The translations under genes and the position numbers were made by a program. The notes under the pieces are model-generated. The model was not told the origin of the DNA and searched no databases. It saw only the letters and a list, made by a program, of their open reading frames with translations. Shown one piece after another: positions 11,723 through 23,313 of a DNA stretch of 64,000 bases. The DNA comes from Hyaloraphidium curvatum SAG 235-1 (taxonomy: Eukaryota; Fungi; Monoblepharomycota): assembly GCA_025558095.1 (NCBI GenBank), contig JAIVFI010000002.1, positions 868,001 to 932,000 of the forward strand, in the 5' to 3' direction. Every line of letters begins with the position of its first letter. Position 1 is the first letter of the stretch.

Positions 11723-14503
11723 CTAATCGCTCATGTCCTCCGCCTCGTTCTGGAGGCGCTCGATCTGGTCCTTGATGACCGAAGACTTGCCGTTGCTGCC
11801 GCGGGTATCGGACTTGGTGAAGGCAAGCAGGGCGTTGCGGTTGTCGCCGAGCGCCCGGTAGACCTTGCCCATGAGGAAGTAGACGTTGGGCTCCTGCGTG
11901 TAGCCTGACAGGCTCTTGAGCTCCGCCAGGGCCTCCCTGTGCCGGCCGAGCGCCGAGAGCACCTCGGCCTTGGCGAACCGGAACAGCGGGTTCTTTGGCG
12001 ACATCTCCAGGGCCTCTTCGTACTTGAGCAGCGCCTCGTCCTTGCGGTCCGTATTTTGGAGGACCTGAGGTGCGGATTTGAGCCGGGACCAATGGATGCG
12101 GGGCACCGATTCGTACCATGCCGATGTAGTAGGTGAGGATGGGGCTGGCCTTGTTGATCTGCAGCGCGCTTTCGAAGTGGAACTTTGCCATCTGCAGCTT
12201 CTCCTGCCGGTAGAACAGGTAGCCGAGCCCGTACCTTCCGGCAAGTCAGGCGATCGCCAACCCATAAACCATGAAGGCCACCAACCAGGCGTTGTAGTGC
12301 CGCTCGTCGACGCGCAGCGCGCTGCGGAAGCAGCTCTGCGCCTTGTCAAGGTCCTCGTTGGCGATGTACTCGTGCCCGGCGAGCGTGTACGCGTAGGCAA
12401 AGTGCGGGTCGAGCTGGATCGCGCGCTGGAAGCACTTGAGGGCGAGGTCGTGCTCCTGCTTGAGGGAGAAGGAGTTGCCGACGGCGCACCTGGACGACGG
12501 GTTGGCGGGGTGCAGGCGCTTCGGGCGGCGGCGGATCCCACCATGCCTGCGGCCTCTTCTTGTCCAGCTCCACGAGGTCGTGCGCCAGGTAGCTCAGCTC
12601 CACCTCCTTGTGCATGTGCCATAGCGCGACGGAAAACACCTCCATGTCCTCCATCCTGTAGGGTTCCAGCTCCCTGGCCTGCAGGAAGAGCTGCTCGCAC
12701 CGGCGGTACTCGGCCATCTCGAACTGCGCCTTGGCGGCCTGGCAGAGCACCCAGCCCGTGTTGTACTGCTCGGGCTGCGCCGAGGCGAAGCATTCGAAGG
12801 CCTCGCGGCAGCGGAACTGGCAGAGGTGCGCGTAGCCGACGGCGAGGGGACGCAGCATGGCAAAGAGGGCCTCGACGGCGTGGGCGACCTCGGTCCAATC
12901 GATGCCGTCGGCGACGTCGCTGGCCGAGGTGCCCGTCACGGGCTGCAAGAACAATCGGTAAGGGTGCTAGTCAACTTCGGGCCCCGAAAGTGTGCCCACC
13001 GATGCGTCATCCATCTTGATGTCGACATCGGCATCCTTCGAAGGCGCACCCGCGCCCTTGGCCGTCCGCTTCCTGTCCTTGGAGCCCGCCGCGGCCGCCG
13101 GGGCTTCCGCCGCCGCGGGAGGCTTCCCCGCACCCCCGACGGCCCTGGCCGACCTGCGCGTCTGCACGCTCGAGAGGGAGGAAGCGGGCGCGGCCTCTGC
13201 GGCGGTCCTGGTCTGATGCCGGGCGTGAGCGCTGCCCGCGTGCGCCCTCCTGTGCGCAACTTCCCACCTTCCTGGTCTGCGGCGCCGTCTTTGCCGGCTC
13301 GGCGGCGCCCGCGACCCGCTTCGTCTTGGGCGCCGGGGCGGGCTTGGGCGCCGGCGGGGGCTCCAGCTGCGCGGGGGCATTGCTCGCAGGAGGCGCCTCG
13401 GCCGGATCAGGGGGAGTCGATCTCGACCGGGGGCCCGGCAGCGACGAGGAGGAGGAGGCGGCGGAGGTTGCCGGTCCGGCGGCACGCCCGAGCTCCTGGC
13501 CGTTGTGCGGACGCAGGCCGTAGGTGAATGCCGGTCGCCTGGCGGGCAACACGTTGGTGCGACCGGCTGCACAAGAGAGCATCGCAACTCACGGTCGAGA
13601 CTGCGGCGGCGCAGGGGCCTCCAGCATCCCGGACATGTTCTCCCGGCCGGAAACGGAGGGAGGCCGGTCGGGGGCGGTGGTGTGGGAGGACGCGGCGCGA
13701 GGTTGAGAGGAGGAGGAGAAGATGGAGGCCGGGACGAGGCCAGGGATGCCGCGCAGGAAGCGGACCGCCTTGGCGACGTCAAAGATCGAGTCGACGTCGA
13801 CGTCGACGCCTGGCAAACGGGTTTGTTAGGTGAACGCGTCGGAAGCGGGGAGAGGACCGACCCATGTGGCACAGGGATTGGAAGGCGCACCACAGGAACG
13901 GGTTCTCGTCCAGGGCCTGGAAAAAGTACTCCTTGGCCTGTTCCGTCCGGTTCGCGTCCCTAGAAAGAGCAAGAGGTCGGCGTCATTCGGAGTGAGCTGC
14001 CCCGCAGCCTCGGGGTCCCCACTTGCAAATGAATCCGTTCGTGCAGAGCACGGCCGACCGCTCCAGCTCGACCCTGAACGCCGGTTCGACTGCGGCACAG
14101 GCGCACGGGAGCTGAATTAAATACCCCGCACGGTATAGCGGCCCGCCAGCGGCCCACCGATGTTGAACCCGGAGTCCGTGCCGTCGCCGTCCGCCAGCAG
14201 CTCCTGCATGTGGATCTCCGCCTCCTGCAGCCTGCCCAGCGCGCGGCACGCCAGCGCCAGCAGGTAGCGCGACTCCTTGTGGGCCGAGGCGCGCAGCAGC
14301 GCCAGCACCTGCGCGTGCCTGCCCCTGCGCAGGTGCGCAGCGGCCAGCAGGCAGCGCGCGCCGTCGTCGCCGGCCAGCGCGCACAGCCGCTCGGCGAGGA
14401 ACGCGGCGTTGTCCGGCAGCGCGGCGTCGAGCGAGAAGCGCGCCAGCGCGGCGAGCAGCCCGCGGGCCCCCGCGTCGGCCGTCCCGCCCGTGCGCGCCGC
14501 CAT
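11723..14503 (-). CDS. CDC27: Anaphase-promoting complex TPR subunit Cdc27/Apc3/Nuc2; multi-exon
   Basis: NAAFLAERL N-terminus; QYNTGWVLCQ, LEPYRMEDMEVFSVALWH, CAVGNSFSLKQEHD, FAYAYTLAGHEY, RHYNAW TPR motifs. Confidence 0.92.
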
Positions 14504-14670
14504 TCTCCAAGCCGCGGGGCGCGCCTCCGCCGTTGTCGCGGCGATCTCAGGCGCGCCGGCTCGCCATCGGCCGCAAAGGGCGGCTGACCGGAGCTGTCGT
14601 GGTTGCCGGACGCGGCTCGGCAACTCCGATCACTCGTCAACAACGCCCCCGATCTCGCGTGACCGCGGGA

Positions 14671-15944
14671 ATGGAGGACCCGCTGCAGCCGCGGGCACGG
14701 ACCTGGGCGGCGGTCGGCGCGTTGCTGCTGCTCGCCGCCTCGATGTCTGCCGTCCCGCGCGACGGGTGGCTGCCCGTGCCGCTCGATCTCCCACAAAGGC
14801 CGCGCCCGCAGATTGCCTCACTTCCCACGCACCCGTCGTGGCGGGACCTGCTCCGCCCGCCGGAGGGCCGCCTCGATCCCGCCCTGCCCCTCGCGGAACG
14901 TGGGCCCTTTTTCGCCATCCAGACGGGTTCCATGCCGTGGTTGGGCAAGGGAATCGGCCATGCGCACTGGGAGATCTTTGAGTGCCTCTCCCTGGCCGCC
15001 TTCTACGCCCCCGTGCGCGAGTTCATCCCTGGGAGGCCGCTTTTTGTCGTACCACCGCTCGTCAGCTGCGGCCACGGCGTGGGGACTCGTTGCGGGGATG
15101 TTTACGGCTTGCACGATGTTCTGGTGGGAACCGAGGTCAACGTCACGCACCAGTCGGTCGAGGTCGCCGTCAAGGCCGGCTTGCTGCGCTCGGTCGATCT
15201 CCCCGGCCCGTTCCACAACGCCACCCTGTTCCGCGCCGCTCTCGAGGAGCTCGCCGCTAAACATGCCGGCCAGGACAACGGCCGCTCGCTCGTCGTGAGA
15301 GGCGTCGAGCTCGGCCCAACGTCGACGTGCACCAGCGGCCTTCCGAATGGGACCCGCAACCTGTGGCCAAGGGGGCTGCGCGGGCCGGCCTACGAGTTTT
15401 ACCGACTGGCACGCCGCCGTCCTCGTGATCTCTAGTGCCACTTTGACTCGCCCGACCGGCTGCACATTGCGGTCCACGTGAGGAGGACCGACTTTCGAGA
15501 CTACGGCCTTGCCGTCCGACGGCTTGGTTCAACGAGGCTCTGGAGCACGTTCTGCGATGGGCCTTTGCGATTCCGCAGGACGTGGGTCGGGAAAAGGACC
15601 TCGCTTCCGCGGATGTCGTCCGGCGGGCCCAGGTGGTCGTTTTCACCGACGGAGCTCTCAAGGACGTCGGGGGCATCGACGCCGGCTTCCCCGCGGGGCT
15701 CGTGCGAATCTTTGCCTCGGACCACCCGCCGCGGCCCACCAACCTCTCTGCTGCCGAGCTGTTCCTGTGGAACCGGACGGCCGACGCCCCGTCGGTGCTG
15801 CACAACCTCGCCTCGGCCGACATCCTCTATAGGCAGGCGCGGACAATTCCGCCAACCGTTCATCCCTCGCCGGGGGGCGAACGGGAGCCCGGCGGGCGCC
15901 GGCTGGAGCACGGGACATCCGAACGGATGCATTTGGCGCAATAA
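14671..15944 (+). pseudogene. Disrupted fucosyltransferase-like (HxRRxD) type II membrane glycosyltransferase
   Basis: N-terminal hydrophobic anchor. In-frame TAG at 15433-15435 just before CHFDSPDRLHIAVHVRRTDF. Frameshift near 15510 into WFNEALEHV..VVVFTDG..VLHNLASADIL, matching motif order in the intact paralogs. Confidence 0.7.
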
Positions 15945-16273
15945 ATGCCGCGGGGAAATGCACTGGTAGTGGGGGGCCGGGGTAGGGGGGCGGGGACAAC
16001 CGGTCGGCGGGCGGCGGAGGGCACGCGAGGGTCCGCCGCGGCCTCCGAAACCTGCGGAAATATCGTGCGCAGCCGTCGGAACGGCCGGCGGGGTCGTACG
16101 GTGCGCTGCCTGCGCGCGATGGGCGGCGGGAGCCGGCGGGTCCGATGCTCGCTGGATGCCGGCCTGCTTCCAACGCGGCGGCGCCCTCTTCCGGCATTTT
16201 CCCGCGCGGGTGCCGGACTTCCGCGGGCATCCGCGCCGCCGGACGGCGAGGGTGGTAAAATGGACCCTATGGA

Positions 16274-16318
16274 CAGCTGAGGACACGGTAGTAGGCTCGA
16301 TTTCTCACACCATTCATT
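16274..16318. repeat. Conserved non-coding element, copy 1
   Basis: cagctgaggacacggtagtaggctcgatttctcacaccattcatt; 43/45 identical to 21109-21153; weaker similarity (atc[c/t]gcgccgccggacgg) ~45 nt upstream. Confidence 0.9.
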
Positions 16319-16415
16319 GTCGGGTGAGGTTGTCTCGCCCGTGGCTGAAGGTTGGGTGAGTTGTCCCGCCCGGGGGTGAAGGTCGGGGGACTTCCCGCCC
16401 ACCATTAATATGCGG

Positions 16416-16680
16416 GTGGACGACCCACTGCAGCCGTGCACAGGGACCTGGGTGCTGGTCGTCGCGTTCCTGCTGCCGCCGCATCGCCGTCCGCCGTGCC
16501 CCGCGACGAGTGGCGGCCCGTGCCGCTGGAGCCTGCGAGGCGGCCGCGCCCGCACAAACCCCCGCGGCTGCCGCCCCCGCTGCAAGGATATCTACGGGAT
16601 GCACGACGTGCTGGTCGGCGCCGAGGTCAACGTGACGCAGGAGACGGTCGAAGCAGCCGTCAAAGGCCGGCGTGCTGCGC
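16416..16680 (+). pseudogene. Internally deleted relic copy of the 5' part of the 14671 glycosyltransferase gene
   Basis: VDDPLQP..TW vs MEDPLQP..TW; CKDIYGMHDVLVGAEVNVTQETVEAAVK vs CGDVYGLHDVLVGTEVNVTHQSVEVAVK; the intervening sequence is deleted. Confidence 0.8.
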
Positions 16681-16858
16681 CATGCCGTCGCTCCACGGTC
16701 AAGTCCCGGCCTCTGGAGGAAACAAACGGAGCGACAAGCGCGGAGAGCACCAATACTAGCAGGACGACAGAAGCTCGCCACCAGGTCATGTGCTTGACTC
16801 GCCGTCGATACAGGTGTGATATCGCGCAGCCGTCATCTTCCAAGTGCGGCGTCCTCCA

Positions 16859-19800
16859 TCACATCAACGCCGCACCGCCCAGGTGCTCCCCAGCGCTGCA
16901 CAACCTCCCGATCGTCCAGTCCAGGTGCTCTCCAAGGGCTGTCGCGTTGACCGCAAAGTCCACCTCTGTCAGCCTGAGTGCGTCGTGCCGATCGCGGCAC
17001 AACAGCACCGGCACCGGGTTGGACTCGAACGGCGCCCACCTGCACCGCCGCGCAACCTCTTCCGCGGCCGCGGGATTCGCCGGCGCATGGCCTGTCGAGA
17101 CCGCGTACACGGCGCCAAGGCGCTCCGCACCACGCTTCCAGAGATCCTCGCGCAAAGCGATTCCGATCTCCAAGATCCCGACAAGGGTTTTGGAAGGCGC
17201 CAGGACAAAGCCGGTAAGATGGCTACCCGTAGGGGTCACCAGCACGTCGAAGGAGGCAAACACGCGGATGTGGTCGGCGGTAGAGAGTGAGACGTTGGCA
17301 GTGACCTCGATCACGGGCAGGGACGTGCGAGCGGCAGCCGCAGCGAGGAGTGCGGGCAGGTTGGATACGTTGCGGGCGTTCCGGCTGGCGGTGCGGCGCC
17401 ACACTGCAATGCGGAGGGAGCGGGAGCGGCACCGCTCGGCGAGCGCGCGGGCTTGGGCCTTTTGGTCGGGGAGGAGGGTGCCGGCGAGCTCAGGTTCTGT
17501 CCGTGCCAGGGCCTCGCGGAACCAGGCATCGTCGCTCGGGTCCAGCATGCCGCCCCAGATATGAGTGAGGAGGAACAGCTCGTCGAAACACGAGATGCCG
17601 CGGGGAACCTGGATCGCCCTGTCCACCGGCACGCTCAGCAGGTCGTTGGACTGCCAGTTCTGGAAGGCAATCTCGGTCAGCCGCCTTCCGAGCCTCCACT
17701 CGGGCCAGCGAGAGTAAGCGGGGCACCAGTTGAAGGCGAGCCGGTCGAAAGGTTGCAGCGGGGGGTTGGGCGGGCGCCTACCCAGCGCGACAGCGGCCGC
17801 CCCGCCAAACATGAGGTGCGCCAGGTTGGGCGTGTCCGGGTAACCGCAATGCGGCAGAAGTGTGCGGCCCCGGTGCCACGTCCGGTTGGCGGTGGCGGCA
17901 ACCACGTCGCGGGCTGCGGGTTCGACCACGAGCGCGGCTGCGAGGTTTTCCAAGGCTTCCGGCCCCACGTCGGCGTCGGCAAAGAAGGCGCCGCCCTTTG
18001 GCATCGCATGCCACCCGTCCGGCACGGCAAAGCACGCGCGGCGAAACCGCAGCAGCCGCGTGTTCCGTATCGGCATTGGCGGCAGCCGAAGTGTGAGGTC
18101 CGAGAACGGAGCATTGTCAGGCTCAGGCTCCGGTGCGGGGACCCCCGAGAGCGCCGCCGGCGGCACGTGCTCCTGCCGGAACGGTGCCTGCCCTCCCGCC
18201 TTTGTCCGCCGGCCTTTTTCGCACAGCCGGCGCAGAGCAAGCTCGATGTCCTTCTTGGCCCGGGCCAAATCCACCTCCACTTTGCCCTCACTCAGCTTGT
18301 GCCGCTCCGCATCCGGCAAGGGGCACTCGATGACCTGGGGTTCCCCAGGCCACACCTCTTTCCACGTGCACTTGGCATCGATCGCTGCCGCAACCCCAGC
18401 GTCCACGGTGCGGTGGCCGGTCGAAACGACGTACACGGATCCCCAAGCATCGGCTTCCTCCTTCCAGAACCTGTCCCGGAGCACGGAACCGAGCTCCACC
18501 CACGCCTTGAGGGGCTTCCCGGGGACCGCCGCGACGGCAGCAAAGTGCGATCCGGGCGGCATCACGAGCACGTCGTACGATGCATGCACGCGAACATGCT
18601 CTGCCGTGCTCGTTTCCGGACTGGTCGATACGATCGCAACCTTTGCCGATGTGAAGCTGCCCAGGAGGTTGGTGAGGCCTTCGACGTTGACGTAGGATCG
18701 GGCGTTCCATTCCGCTTCCGGTCGGGCAAACACCGCGATCCTCAAGCTGTGCGTCGAGCAGCGGTGCAAAAGGCTGTCCAGTAGCTGCATTTCGGAAGGC
18801 AAAAGGTCGCTGCTCGCCTCCGGTACCCTCCTAGCCAGCTCGGTCCGCAGCACTTTGTCGTCTCGTAGGTCCAGAACGAGGCCCCTGAGTTTGGAGGCCA
18901 CCCAGAGCTCCTCGTAGCACGCCGCCTTGGGTTGGAAAGCGGCACGCGAGACATCGTCGGCGAGCATGCCCGACGCCGTCCACGGCGTGAAACTGCTCTC
19001 GATCAGGTGCCTACCGAATTCCCACCCCTTGAACCCGGGGTGGTACGTGCTGCCGTGCCAGGGGCACCAGCTGAACGAAACGTTTCGGAAAACAGGTCTG
19101 GGGCCTGCACTCTCAGGCCAGCGTTCCGAGAGCGAGATTGCGAAAGCCATTCCGAACATGAGATGTGCGAGTTGCGGTGTGGAGGGCCTTACGGGTCGCA
19201 ATCAGCATCACCCAATGTGGACGCGCAGCGAAGAAGCTCACCACTCGCAAACGGGCAGGAACGTTGCACCCGGCACCCAGGTCGGCCGCGTCCCGTTCTC
19301 ACGCCGGCCCCAAGACACCGTGATGTGCTGCACACCTCGCGCAGCGACCATCCTTTCTTCGATCGTTGCCATAGTGGCATTGAACCACAGGTCCGTCGGG
19401 TACGGATGGCCAGGATCACGTGAAGCAAGACACACATTGCGGACGACAGTCAGGCGCCCCAGCCGAGCAGGTGGAGGTTGGAGCAATGCGTCTGCCAACA
19501 GGATATTCCGGATTTCGTGGCGCGCCGAGGCTCCCGATTGCTGTGAGGCGGGTTCTGTTAAATGCTCGAACCTCCAGGTGAGCGCGGAAAGGTGCCGCTG
19601 GACATGTTCCGTCAGGCGGGCCACGTCTTCCTCTTCGTTGCCGCTGGCAACAAAAAAGTCGGGCCTGTTCCTGTCGTAAGGTTGGGTGTGCTGGGGCAGG
19701 ATCACGAGCCCGCGCCCGGGGTCGTGGAGCATGGCAGCCAGCTGAGAAAAGCCCGAGATTGACTGCACCAACACGTCCGCACGGACCAGGGCCTTGAACG

Positions 19801-20776
19801 CATCCAGAGCCTGCGGCCCATCGCCGCTCACATTGACGACATGCCGGGCACGGATGGCATCGAAATCTGACAGGTTCAGTGCCACCACCTTTTCCGGCGG
19901 CACTGCGTCCATGTAGACGGTGATGAATGGCTTCGGAAGCCGGAGTGTTTCCAACGCGGCAGAAAGCGCGTTGCACGCGCCGACGTAGAACGAGTTGGGA
20001 ACGACCCTGCCTGCATGCGGGCCAGGACGCCCAAAAATGTCCCCGCGCCTAATGTGCACCGCGACCTGCAGCTCGCGCGGATCGCATTCGCCGTCCGAGC
20101 ACGGACGCCGCAAAGTCCAAGGCAGCACTTCCGACATTCTGGGCAGCGCATCCGTCGCACGGCCCATGAGCCCTATCGCCTCGGTCAGCCCGAGCAGCAC
20201 CTTCTCCCGGCCCCGAGCTCGCGCCTCCGTGCAGGCTTTGCGGGCAAGGTGAAGGAGCTCGGCACTATTAGGGTGAGTTCTTTCCGGAGGAGGGCGATAG
20301 CATCCGTCCTCGGCCTCGGCCCCCCCGAGGCAAGAGGTATTGTACGACGGCAGCTCAAACAGCGCATTCCATTCCCGTCGAAGCTTCGAGCTGGGCACGT
20401 GGTCGTACCACGGTGCTTCGCGATGTCGGTACCCGCAACCGCTGTTCTTGCAAAACATGAAGAGCTGAACCGATCGCCGGTTGCGGGCTCCGGGTCCGTC
20501 CAAGTAAGTCGGAGCAATTTCGAGCGTTACATTGCAAAACCTCGAAACGTTGTAGCTGGTGGTCGGCGGAGCGCCAGGAATCCGCGTTGCTTCGGGGACC
20601 CTCGTCGACCGAGCCACTGGAGACGCGTCCGACGTGGCAGGAAGGGGCGATTTCACTCGATACGCGTCGAAATGAACCATTGTCCTCTCCTCAGGCGCTC
20701 GGAATAGCGACCAGGCCGCCACCAGCAGTATCGCGGCGGCCCCGAACAAAGGGAGCATCAGCGGATGCCTTGGCAT
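16859..20776 (-). CDS. ~1290-aa tri-domain glycosyltransferase: TM anchor + HIRRGD fucosyltransferase-like domain + two tandem GT61(DUF563)-like domains; one 54-nt intron (19188-19241)
   Basis: ORFs 19238..20776 and 16859..19201 join in frame via GTGAGC...GCTGAT...TAAG intron (CEW|PSTPQLAHLMFG). Motifs: VAVHIRRGD, ADVLVQSISGFS; repeated R..RNVSNL..LL and HIRVFASFDVLVTPTGSHL / HVRVHASYDVLVMPPGSHF. Confidence 0.75.
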
Positions 20777-21108
20777 CCCTCGTCCGATGGTGCCACAGCC
20801 CGACGCACACTAGCATGTGCGCGTCCATAGCCGGTAGCAATGTTTTCCAAACCTCGGGTGGCGCAGGGCGCGGCACGGAGAGTTGGGCATTGTCACGCGC
20901 GCCAGAGGGCCCTCCGCGCGTGCTCCGCGCGCGCAGGCTACTTGACTGCTTCGGCACACTTGCGCGCTTAACAGGCACCGCATCATACATAATCTAATAG
21001 AGAAGTTTATTGGTATCGTTTCGTAGGAAAGAAGTGGGATGCCTCAGCGTGAATGGGCGGATGATCTGCGCCGCCGGACGGGGACGGTTGGTGGATCGAC
21101 GTTGCGGG

Positions 21109-21153
21109 CAGCTGAGGACACGGTAGTGGGCTCCATTTCTCACACCATTCATT
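21109..21153. repeat. Conserved non-coding element, copy 2
   Basis: cagctgaggacacggtagtgggctccatttctcacaccattcatt; 43/45 identical to 16274-16318. Confidence 0.9.
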
Positions 21154-21265
21154 ATCTGATGTCGGTCGGCCAAGTCGAGGTGCTATCGGCCGTTGACGAC
21201 AGTTCAGGACGTTGACGCGGCAGTCTCCGCGACGCGCTCTTCCACGTGCTCGGCTCCGATGGCCG

Positions 21266-22495
21266 ATGGGCCTCTTCGGATCCCGCCGGAGGCTAATCCT
21301 GCTCGGGTTGGCAGCCGCCGCGCTCGTCCTGCTCGCACGCGGGGCCACCGTCGCGGACTCTTCGAACGCGTCAGTTCAACGCGCCAACGACCCCGGAGCT
21401 TTCTCCGCGCCCGCAATCGAAAGTCTTGAACAGAAGCAGATGGCTTCGGTCGCGAATCGCGCCGGCGCATCTTCAGGCCTGAACCTGTCAGAGGCGTGCA
21501 ACGTGACCCTCGCTGTGCATCCCCAGTTCAAGGACGGTGTCGGCGCCCGGAACCGCAGGCGATTGCACCTCTTTATCCTCTCCTTTATCGCCAACTGCGG
21601 CTTCCTAAATCCCCACTACGCCTGGTACGATCATGCGAGGACTGCAGAGGAGGTGGCGGCATGGAATGCTCTCTTTGCGCTGCTCCCGAGCCGGAACACG
21701 GCCTGCACGGGAGCCTCGCAGGCCGAGGACGGCTGCTTTCGGGCAAACCACACCGGATGGGGCGATTTCGGGATGCTCCGGCGCGCGGCGGACTCGGCCT
21801 GCCGCGCAGCATCGCTAGCAGGGACGGACCGCGTGCTCCTCTCGGTATCGGAGCCGGCGATCGTTTTTGACGGCACGAAGTTGCTCGGCATGGCGCCGCC
21901 GATGCAGCCGTTCTTGCCGTGGATCGGCGAACCGCCCTGCCACGGGCAACCCGCGTCCGAGTGCGAGCCCGCCCGGATCCACGTGGCGGTGCACGTTCGG
22001 CGCGGAGATATTCTGGGGAACCCCAGGTTCAAAGGTGTCGCGCTGCCCAACTCGTACTACGTCGCCGTGTGCAACGCGATCGAGTGGGCCCTGGCGGAAA
22101 ACGGCTTGCCCGCCCCGCGGATCCGCATCTTTATGGATAGCGTCCCCGACTCGCTGGCACTGCTGCTCAACCTTTCGGACTTTGACGCCGTGCACGCCCC
22201 GCACACGCTCGAGGTCCGGGGCCAGGAGCACGCGCTGGAGGCGTTCAGGGCGCTCGTCCGCGCGGACATCCTCGTCACTTCGAATTCGGGCTTTTCGACG
22301 GTGCCGGCCATGCTGCACGACCAGGGCCGCGGCATTGTCATTATGCCCTTCAACCCGCCCGCGCCTCGACCGGACTTCTTCCTCGCTTTCGGGAACGAAA
22401 CCCGCGACGCTCCGAGGCTGAAGTACCATTTTGCAAGGTACAGGGCAGCGCTGGAGTGGCGTGCGAGCAGGAAAGGCGTCCCGGGGAGAACATGA
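21266..22495 (+). CDS. Type II membrane fucosyltransferase-like glycosyltransferase, paralog of domain 1 of the 16859-20776 gene; intronless
   Basis: MGLFGSRRRLILLGLAAAALVLL anchor; CNVTL...DGVGARNRR, HVAVHVRRGD, PNSYYVAVCNA, ALEAFRALVRADILVTSNSGFS. Confidence 0.8.
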   Translation: MGLFGSRRRLILLGLAAAALVLLARGATVADSSNASVQRANDPGAFSAPAIESLEQKQMASVANRAGASSGLNLSEACNVTLAVHPQFKDGVGARNRRRLHLFILSFIANCGFLNPHYAWYDHARTAEEVAAWNALFALLPSRNTACTGASQAEDGCFRANHTGWGDFGMLRRAADSACRAASLAGTDRVLLSVSEPAIVFDGTKLLGMAPPMQPFLPWIGEPPCHGQPASECEPARIHVAVHVRRGDILGNPRFKGVALPNSYYVAVCNAIEWALAENGLPAPRIRIFMDSVPDSLALLLNLSDFDAVHAPHTLEVRGQEHALEAFRALVRADILVTSNSGFSTVPAMLHDQGRGIVIMPFNPPAPRPDFFLAFGNETRDAPRLKYHFARYRAALEWRASRKGVPGRT

Positions 22496-23055
22496 CCCGA
22501 TCCCTCTCGCAAGCTGCGATTCGACGAAGCTGTGGTGTGCCCGCGGTCCCGGCATGCCGCCCGCCCTCCCACCCCTCAGCCGTGTTGCCGCCGCCGTCCC
22601 GCTTCATGTCCGCCATTTTGCTGTCCGCCGCCGTCGACCGTGGCTGCGCGGGAGGGGCGCCGAGGGGTGCAGCGCGTGAGGGAGGTCCGACGGGGAGCGG
22701 CGCCGGGTTGCCCCCACCGCGCCCCGTCCCGCCGCCGCGCCGCGCCGCCGCCGCACAGGAACACGCGCGCCGTCACCGCGGTGGTGACCGCCGCCTCCGG
22801 AACCCGCCCAGGTGGACGGGGAGCCCGGTTTGGGCGAGGGGGTGTTGGGCGCGCGCTCCACCCAAAATCTGGCAGGGATCTCACTACCCAGCATGCATTT
22901 CCCAGCGGGTTTTATTGCATGAAAAGCATGCTTCTGCATCTCAACGTCCGAATCCCGCGCGCCGCCGGCGGGCGTCCACGGGGGAAAGAACTGGGCGCGA
23001 AAAGTTATTGTAGCCTGCTGCCCTCTTGGTCGGGGCTCCGCCCCTCGCCCAGACC

Positions 23056-23205
23056 GCTCGCTACGCTCGCGGGGGCCCTCCGCGGCAAAAGCTTGCAGGC
23101 AGGTAGCGGCGGGAGACGTGCGTGCCTGCGGCGGCCGGGTACGTGCCCGCTAACGCGGGGCTCGCTGGCGCTCGCGGGGAAGCTTGCACGCAGGTAGCGG
23201 CGGGG
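23056..23205. repeat. Two tandem degenerate copies of a GC-rich 'gctcgc..gctcgc' repeat
   Basis: 23143-23179 is 36/37 identical to 27635-27671; 23057-23113 resembles 27652-27710. Confidence 0.85.
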
Positions 23206-23313
23206 GGAGCGACCTCCTGAGCCCAGCACCCAACCTGGAATCAGAGACCAATTCGCCGCGCGACCTGGAATCAGTGAACCAGACTCGGTGGTAGCAGGTT
23301 CTCGGGAGCGATT

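Noticed and set aside
15433-15435. TAG as programmed readthrough or alternative genetic code
   Set aside because: TAG terminates many genes in this window, and a nearby frameshift favours pseudogenisation.
15946-16206. Imperfect inverted repeat (cgcggggaaatgc / gcattttcccgcg) suggesting a MITE
   Set aside because: Short, mismatched, no target-site duplication; plausible by chance at this GC content.
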